DNA of 11,505 nt from Nitrospirota bacterium (lineage in GTDB: Bacteria; Nitrospirota; Thermodesulfovibrionia; Thermodesulfovibrionales; Dissulfurispiraceae), in the NCBI GenBank assembly GCA_040758355.1, contig JBFLWF010000052.1, positions 1 to 11,505 of the forward strand. The letters are read 5' to 3'. The notes beneath the pieces are model-generated. The model saw only the letters and a list, made by a program, of their open reading frames with translations. It was not told the origin of the DNA and searched no databases. The position numbers were made by a program, and so were the translations under genes. Positions 7,077 through 11,505 of this stretch are shown here, piece by piece. Each line of letters opens with the position of its first letter. Within the stretch, counting starts at the first letter, position 1.

Positions 7077-7787
7077 TCACCCCTTCAGATGCTTTATCAG
7101 CTCAAGGATATTGTCGTGCCCAAGCCAGTAGACCGCAGTCCAGAGCACTGCATGTACCGCTGTTATGGACAAAACAGCAACCGCCAATCTAACCCGTGTC
7201 TTGAGTTCATCCTTGAAAAATAATACCGTGTAGTCCGGTCCCGACCAGAAAGATGCAAGAGTAATTTCATAGATGAAAACAATACTTCCCGCTATTTTCG
7301 AATGAGAAAGAATGACATTTGCCATCCGGCGATATGAACGGCCAAGCGTCATGTCCCGTCCGGTCTTCTCGTATATTGCGACAAAAATTACCGATGATGG
7401 AATATCGATGACAAGCCATATACCGCAGACAGCCGTCAGATATGAAAACCCGAGTTCCTTCAATGCTATCACCAGACCAAAGCTCGATGCCGCCAAAACA
7501 TAATCAAGCGATGAGTAAAATATCCTCTTAGACATTGTTCCGGTAACTTTTTTAGTTTTTGCGCCAGCGCCGTCTGCTTGATTTATATCAAAGAAAACAT
7601 CAGAAGCTTCATCAAAAATCCGCCAATACGCAATCGACAGCACTGTTATTAATAATGCTGCCGGCAATCCGATTTTCAGCCCGCCGAAGTTATATGAAAC
7701 AAATCCAGCGACAGCCGTAAACAATATGCAAAACTTCACAACTATCCATGGCTTCTCCCGCAGAGCTTTCAGGGTTAAGTTTTTCAT
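7077..7787 (-). CDS. Hypothetical polytopic membrane protein
   Basis: About 5-6 hydrophobic segments and charged motifs DMTLGRSYRR and FWSGPD. Start at ATG 7787 avoids overlap with the upstream gene. Confidence 0.7.
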   Translation of the reverse strand: MKNLTLKALREKPWIVVKFCILFTAVAGFVSYNFGGLKIGLPAALLITVLSIAYWRIFDEASDVFFDINQADGAGAKTKKVTGTMSKRIFYSSLDYVLAASSFGLVIALKELGFSYLTAVCGIWLVIDIPSSVIFVAIYEKTGRDMTLGRSYRRMANVILSHSKIAGSIVFIYEITLASFWSGPDYTVLFFKDELKTRVRLAVAVLSITAVHAVLWTAVYWLGHDNILELIKHLKG

Positions 7788-7794
7788 GTTATAG

Positions 7795-8247
7795 TCAGGC
7801 CGTTTTCCCTCCCTGCCTGGCTTCGCAATTGGCAATGTCAAAAACACCGGTGGTGTTTTTCAGATTAAAGACGATGGCGGGAGCGATTGCCGCCAACAAG
7901 AACAGCTTCAATTTGAAGCCGATGTCCTTCTTGTGAACAAAGACATAGATAAAATAAAAGCTCAAAAAGAATATCAGTGGGTCCAGGATTCCGAATAATG
8001 ACCAGAGGAACATGATTAAGCGACTGTCTATATTTGTCCAAACAACAAGACTAAAAAAAACCCACAAGGAAAAAACTATCGAGAGAGATAATAAAATTTT
8101 ACTTGCTAAACTTCTACTCTTATAAAATATAAAAAGACCGAAAAACAAAGCAACAATAGCCGTTGGAATGTGCGAGTAATAGAGCAAATGAGGAATCGAA
8201 TCGGAAAAAATGAAATAATTTGGCGCTGGTATATCCGTGCAAAACAT
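7795..8247 (-). CDS. Membrane sensor domain resembling the N-terminus of 7TM-type histidine kinases, truncated (about 4 TM, no kinase domain)
   Basis: LLYYSHIPTAIVALFFGLFIF, FSLWVFFSLVVWT and FD..NCEA resemble N-termini of Parcubacteria sensor kinases (recall). The ORF ends 7 residues after CEA in a GC-richer junction. Possible pseudogene. Confidence 0.55.
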   Translation of the reverse strand: MFCTDIPAPNYFIFSDSIPHLLYYSHIPTAIVALFFGLFIFYKSRSLASKILLSLSIVFSLWVFFSLVVWTNIDSRLIMFLWSLFGILDPLIFFLSFYFIYVFVHKKDIGFKLKLFLLAAIAPAIVFNLKNTTGVFDIANCEARQGGKTA

Positions 8248-8248
8248 C

Positions 8249-8788
8249 TTATTTTTTCTTTAATTTGTTAATTTTATCTTGCAAAAAATATTGGAAATAT
8301 CCGTCATATCTTGTTTGCAATTCCGGAATTTTCCAGTCATTATCGGTAACATATTCACGACAATTTTCCGCCCCGCAAAGACATCTGAATTTATACGGCT
8401 TTTCTCCTTTGGTCCTGTAAAGGCACATGGCATAATCAAAGGTAATCTCTTCTCCTTTTTTTATGTCTCTCATTGCTTCCAAAAACATCTGGCCGCGAAA
8501 ACCGGCATTCGGATTACAGCTATGATTGAAATAGCTTGAAGTCTCAATCCCCGGACCACTTAAAACTAGGTTTTCGGAAATTTGAAGGCCAGAATCTCTG
8601 ATTCCTTTTGGCAATTTCAATTCTTCCTTTATCGTCATAACATAACCTCCGGCGATATTTAACATCTCACCTCTTTTAATATTTTCTTCCGCGAACACGC
8701 CATTGCCGTAATTCTTCGTTTTTCTTGCTTTTAATTTTGGATTTGTCCAGTCAAAAGATTTTTTATTTTTCATACTCCACAATGCCAT
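8249..8788 (-). CDS. SET-domain SAM-dependent methyltransferase with post-SET zinc motif
   Basis: YGNGVFA, YFNHSCNPN, GEEITFDY and post-SET CLCGAENCR. Confidence 0.92.
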   Translation of the reverse strand: MALWSMKNKKSFDWTNPKLKARKTKNYGNGVFAEENIKRGEMLNIAGGYVMTIKEELKLPKGIRDSGLQISENLVLSGPGIETSSYFNHSCNPNAGFRGQMFLEAMRDIKKGEEITFDYAMCLYRTKGEKPYKFRCLCGAENCREYVTDNDWKIPELQTRYDGYFQYFLQDKINKLKKK

Positions 8789-8794
8789 TTTGAA

Positions 8795-9292
8795 TTACAC
8801 ATTCATAAATTCTTTGTTTTTCTTGAAGTATTCGGGATCTTTCCAGTCATTGCCCGTAATTATTTTCCTGCAATTTTTTGCCCCACACCGGCAATGCATT
8901 TTAAATTTTGGATCAGTGACTGAAAATCCGTAATCATGCGTCAATTCCTCTCTTGCCTTAACATTCTTTATTAACACTAAATTTCCTTCTTTATCATATC
9001 CCATATTCGGATCGCAACTGTGATTTCCAAACCATGCTATTGGCATATAATTAAGATTGGGAACTGAAAAAAAGCCATCATAAACTTCCGTGCCAAAGTG
9101 CGAAAGCACTTTTTTTGTTATTTTGTCGAGTTTTTTATATGTGTCCTTGCTAAAAAATTTATCATTAAGGGGAAAATTTATGTCTATTATTACCGTACCC
9201 TTCTTTAACGATCTAAGAGCAAAAAGTCCCACTTCCCCTGGAAGCATTTTGGACGGTTTGACACCTATTATTGCAGGTGGAAATTTTGACAT
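8795..9292 (-). CDS. SET-domain SAM-dependent methyltransferase with post-SET zinc motif
   Basis: GEVGLFA, GNHSCDPN, EELTHDYG and post-SET CRCGAKNCRK. Start ATG 9292 lies 1 nt after the upstream stop; the track's 9334 start would overlap by 41 nt. Confidence 0.92.
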   Translation of the reverse strand: MSKFPPAIIGVKPSKMLPGEVGLFALRSLKKGTVIIDINFPLNDKFFSKDTYKKLDKITKKVLSHFGTEVYDGFFSVPNLNYMPIAWFGNHSCDPNMGYDKEGNLVLIKNVKAREELTHDYGFSVTDPKFKMHCRCGAKNCRKIITGNDWKDPEYFKKNKEFMNV

Positions 9293-9293
9293 A

Positions 9294-10058
9294 TTAATCC
9301 ACTTGTCTAAATTTAAGATTTTTTTCTTCTGCATATTTTATTATCCGCCCATTCACGCTTGGCGGGTAGCTCCACCAGTAGAAATCTTCTTCGTCGGTCT
9401 GCTCGTCGGGATACAGCCTTACGATAATGGGACTGACGCCAAATTCTTTTTTTATTCTTTCGATATTGGGAAGCACGATGTCGTTTGTGAAGCTGTCGCC
9501 GTCAAAAAAAACCTCGAACAGCGCCCCGTGGGCAAGAAAATGAAGAAATGTCAGATAGTAGTAATGAGAAACATCTTCGAGGTTTCCAATCCATTCCGGG
9601 TTATCATATCTTTCCACATCATACTGACAAGATTTGAAAAGCCCGTGATGGAAATCAACCAGTTTTTCTCCGGTTTTCAGAACGCATTCGCCAAGATTCT
9701 TTTTTTCGTTTTCGTGGAAATTCATGATGTCGACAGTCGCCCTCGTTCCGTCTTCCAGCGTAACCCGAAGGCGACCCAGGCCTTTCTTTTCTTCATTCAA
9801 CGAAACGAATATGTCCTCGTCATCTTCCCAGGCGAGCGGCTCCGCGCCGATATATTTGGCGCAGTGGCAGAAAAACACGAAACCGTTGTCGGGCGAAGCG
9901 ACCTGGCGGTTCAAAACGGCGCGCGGCCCCTTCCGGAAGGGCGGCAAAAATTTCTCCCCCAGTTCCTTCTCTATCTTTTCCCTCAATTCCAAATCATTCC
10001 GTCTTTTTTTTAATTCTTTCCGCGCCTCGTCAAGAGAAAAGTAAATGTTATCGCTCAT
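9294..10058 (-). CDS. Hypothetical soluble protein of unknown function
   Basis: 254-aa ORF spaced 3 nt from the upstream gene and 1 nt from the downstream gene. Motif-like segments RQVASPD, LVDFHH, YY..FL.HG.LFE and WWSYP. Confidence 0.8.
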   Translation of the reverse strand: MSDNIYFSLDEARKELKKRRNDLELREKIEKELGEKFLPPFRKGPRAVLNRQVASPDNGFVFFCHCAKYIGAEPLAWEDDEDIFVSLNEEKKGLGRLRVTLEDGTRATVDIMNFHENEKKNLGECVLKTGEKLVDFHHGLFKSCQYDVERYDNPEWIGNLEDVSHYYYLTFLHFLAHGALFEVFFDGDSFTNDIVLPNIERIKKEFGVSPIIVRLYPDEQTDEEDFYWWSYPPSVNGRIIKYAEEKNLKFRQVD

Positions 10059-10061
10059 AAT

Positions 10062-11363
10062 TTAAATCCAGCCCCATTTCTCCAATAATTCCTTCTCGCG
10101 CTCGATGAATTTAAGCCCAATGTCATTACGGAAAAACATCTTCGGGATGGCAATCTTGTCAATCAGGCTGTATGCCCCTTCCCTTGCCTTATGAATAGTT
10201 TTCCCAACGCCTGTTACACACATGACATAGCCGCTTTTTGCAGCAATGAGACAGTCGTTACTGGAAGGCATCCTATACACCTCTGAAAAATGTATATGCC
10301 TCCAATCATCTTCTATCAGTTCTTTAGTAAAATGTATCCTTAAGCCTTCAGGATTGTATTTATTATTGACTGCCTGATAAGGAAATGGCGGCACTGCTAT
10401 TAGGACGACAATTCCGAACCCTTTGCGCCATTTCAGATCATGCTCTTTTCCTTCAGCTACAGCCTTTAAGAATCCTCCCCACGATGAAAGATTTAGGACA
10501 CTCTGCACATGTATTGCCGGATACCCGAATCGTGGCGTTGCTTCAAGGGGAACAGCCCCATCCTCGTTTACGATGCAGTTTATGTCTATGTCTCCTTTGA
10601 AATTTATCTTCTGGAGATAGGGTTTTAATTTTGCAAGGGTCTCACAGAATATCCTATTGTTTTCATTGTCGTCATACCAGATGAGCGTTCCCATCTCTGC
10701 TGTCTTTGGCCCAAGCCCGCCTGGAAAGAGCTTTTTATGCTCTATATTCATCTCGATATGGCCTACCCAGTCTTGACCGTTGAAATATCTGGCTACGCCT
10801 AACTCTATTCCATCAACCCTCTGCTGCAGATCTATAGATGAGCATTCTCTGCGGTTATATTTCTTATAGTTATTTAAGAGGTCTATCACATCGCTGCCGT
10901 CAGGCATCTTTCCGCTGTATGAGAAGCATTTATCGGCATGGCCGTTTTGCTTGACAACCCATTGGCCTTTATTTTTCTTAACGAACTCTATGGCATCATC
11001 TGCAGACAGGAAATGTTTTGAGGGCACGGTTTTCATGCCGCATTTCTTAAATATCTCCTGTGCATGATACCTGTCAAACTCGAGCCTATCGCCTCCTTCA
11101 GAGCCGCCAACAACCAAATAGCCCTGCTTTCTCAATTCGTCCTGTACTTTGCCAAAACCGGTCTGGTCAAAGATGATGAGGCCGTCCTTTCCGACCCATG
11201 AAAGTTCTTTCTGCCAATCTTTTGCCTTTTTTATTCCAAAGCCGCTTCCAACTCTGGTAAAGTCCTTTTCCTGAATGGCAATTTTAACATCGTTGCCTTC
11301 CTGTTTGAGCCGGATAGCAAGGTCAAGTATATCTCCATCTCTCGATATTATTAATATTCTCAT
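10062..11363 (-). CDS. PurD-like (phosphoribosylamine-glycine ligase family) ATP-grasp ligase, non-canonical type
   Basis: GGS..GDRLE.DR, VVKQNG, EHKKLFPGGLGPKTAEMG, EATPRFGYP, G.V.CVTG.G.TI..AR..AY..I..I and FRNDIG follow the GARS A/C domain pattern. The canonical N-terminal GSGGREHA motif is absent. Confidence 0.85.
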   Translation of the reverse strand: MRILIISRDGDILDLAIRLKQEGNDVKIAIQEKDFTRVGSGFGIKKAKDWQKELSWVGKDGLIIFDQTGFGKVQDELRKQGYLVVGGSEGGDRLEFDRYHAQEIFKKCGMKTVPSKHFLSADDAIEFVKKNKGQWVVKQNGHADKCFSYSGKMPDGSDVIDLLNNYKKYNRRECSSIDLQQRVDGIELGVARYFNGQDWVGHIEMNIEHKKLFPGGLGPKTAEMGTLIWYDDNENNRIFCETLAKLKPYLQKINFKGDIDINCIVNEDGAVPLEATPRFGYPAIHVQSVLNLSSWGGFLKAVAEGKEHDLKWRKGFGIVVLIAVPPFPYQAVNNKYNPEGLRIHFTKELIEDDWRHIHFSEVYRMPSSNDCLIAAKSGYVMCVTGVGKTIHKAREGAYSLIDKIAIPKMFFRNDIGLKFIEREKELLEKWGWI

Positions 11364-11505
11364 ACCGTTTTTGTGCTGACCCTGAACCCCCTTTTTATCC
11401 GTTTGAGCTTTATCTTTTCATGACAGAGCCTCTCTTTAATATGAGTTACAGCCCTGTCTGTCTCATCCTCATCTCCGCAACTGAAGACATCGCAGGCAAT
11501 ATATC
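11360..11505 (-). CDS. speD: S-adenosylmethionine decarboxylase proenzyme (SpeD/SpeH class 1B), C-terminal part; runs off the window edge
   Basis: Frame from 11503 reads YIACDVFSCGDEDETDRAVTHIKERLCHEKIKLKRIKRGFRVSTKTV*, matching the AdoMetDC GY.A.D.F.CG...I.RG motif. ATGA overlap with the PurD-like gene. Absent from the ORF track. Confidence 0.75.
   Translation of the reverse strand, partial: YIACDVFSCGDEDETDRAVTHIKERLCHEKIKLKRIKRGFRVSTKTV

Noticed and set aside
7788..7847. N-terminal extension of the membrane protein in the ORF track
   Set aside because: Overlaps the upstream gene by 53 nt and spans the junction; ATG 7787 fits operon spacing better.
9090..10013. 307-aa plus-strand ORF
   Set aside because: Antisense shadow of the 254-aa gene and a SET gene; F/V-rich composition typical of reverse-strand reading, no motifs, and the minus-strand genes are tightly coupled.
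10062..11363. Calling this gene purD
   Set aside because: Canonical substrate motifs are altered and there is no pur context, so the symbol is withheld.

Overview
Bacterial chromosomal window of moderate GC; the gene style suggests an anaerobic Nitrospirota/Thermodesulfovibrionia-like organism (inference). Left part (1-4709): an HD-GYP phosphodiesterase gene whose 5' end appears cut by an IS terminal inverted repeat at 113-127, followed on the minus strand by nfnA-nfnB (sudB/sudA-type electron-bifurcating transhydrogenase), long-form hisG and scpA without scpB. Middle (4717-6280): a toxin-antitoxin hotspot. An intact, probably leaderless higBA lies between two orphan antitoxin-like genes, one followed by a 31-codon toxin stub, and a 31-bp promoter-bearing direct repeat bounds a ~1.1-kb unit. 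Right part (6293-11505): a tightly packed minus-strand accessory operon. It begins with the C-terminus of an S-adenosylmethionine decarboxylase (missed by the ORF track), then a non-canonical PurD-like ATP-grasp ligase, an unknown 254-aa protein, two tandem SET/post-SET methyltransferases, a truncated membrane sensor domain, a membrane protein and a secreted beta-barrel-like protein. This operon is the best candidate for an undescribed system: synthesis, N-methylation and amide ligation of a polyamine-type molecule, coupled to sensing and export. Several of its genes look Patescibacteria-like (inference).
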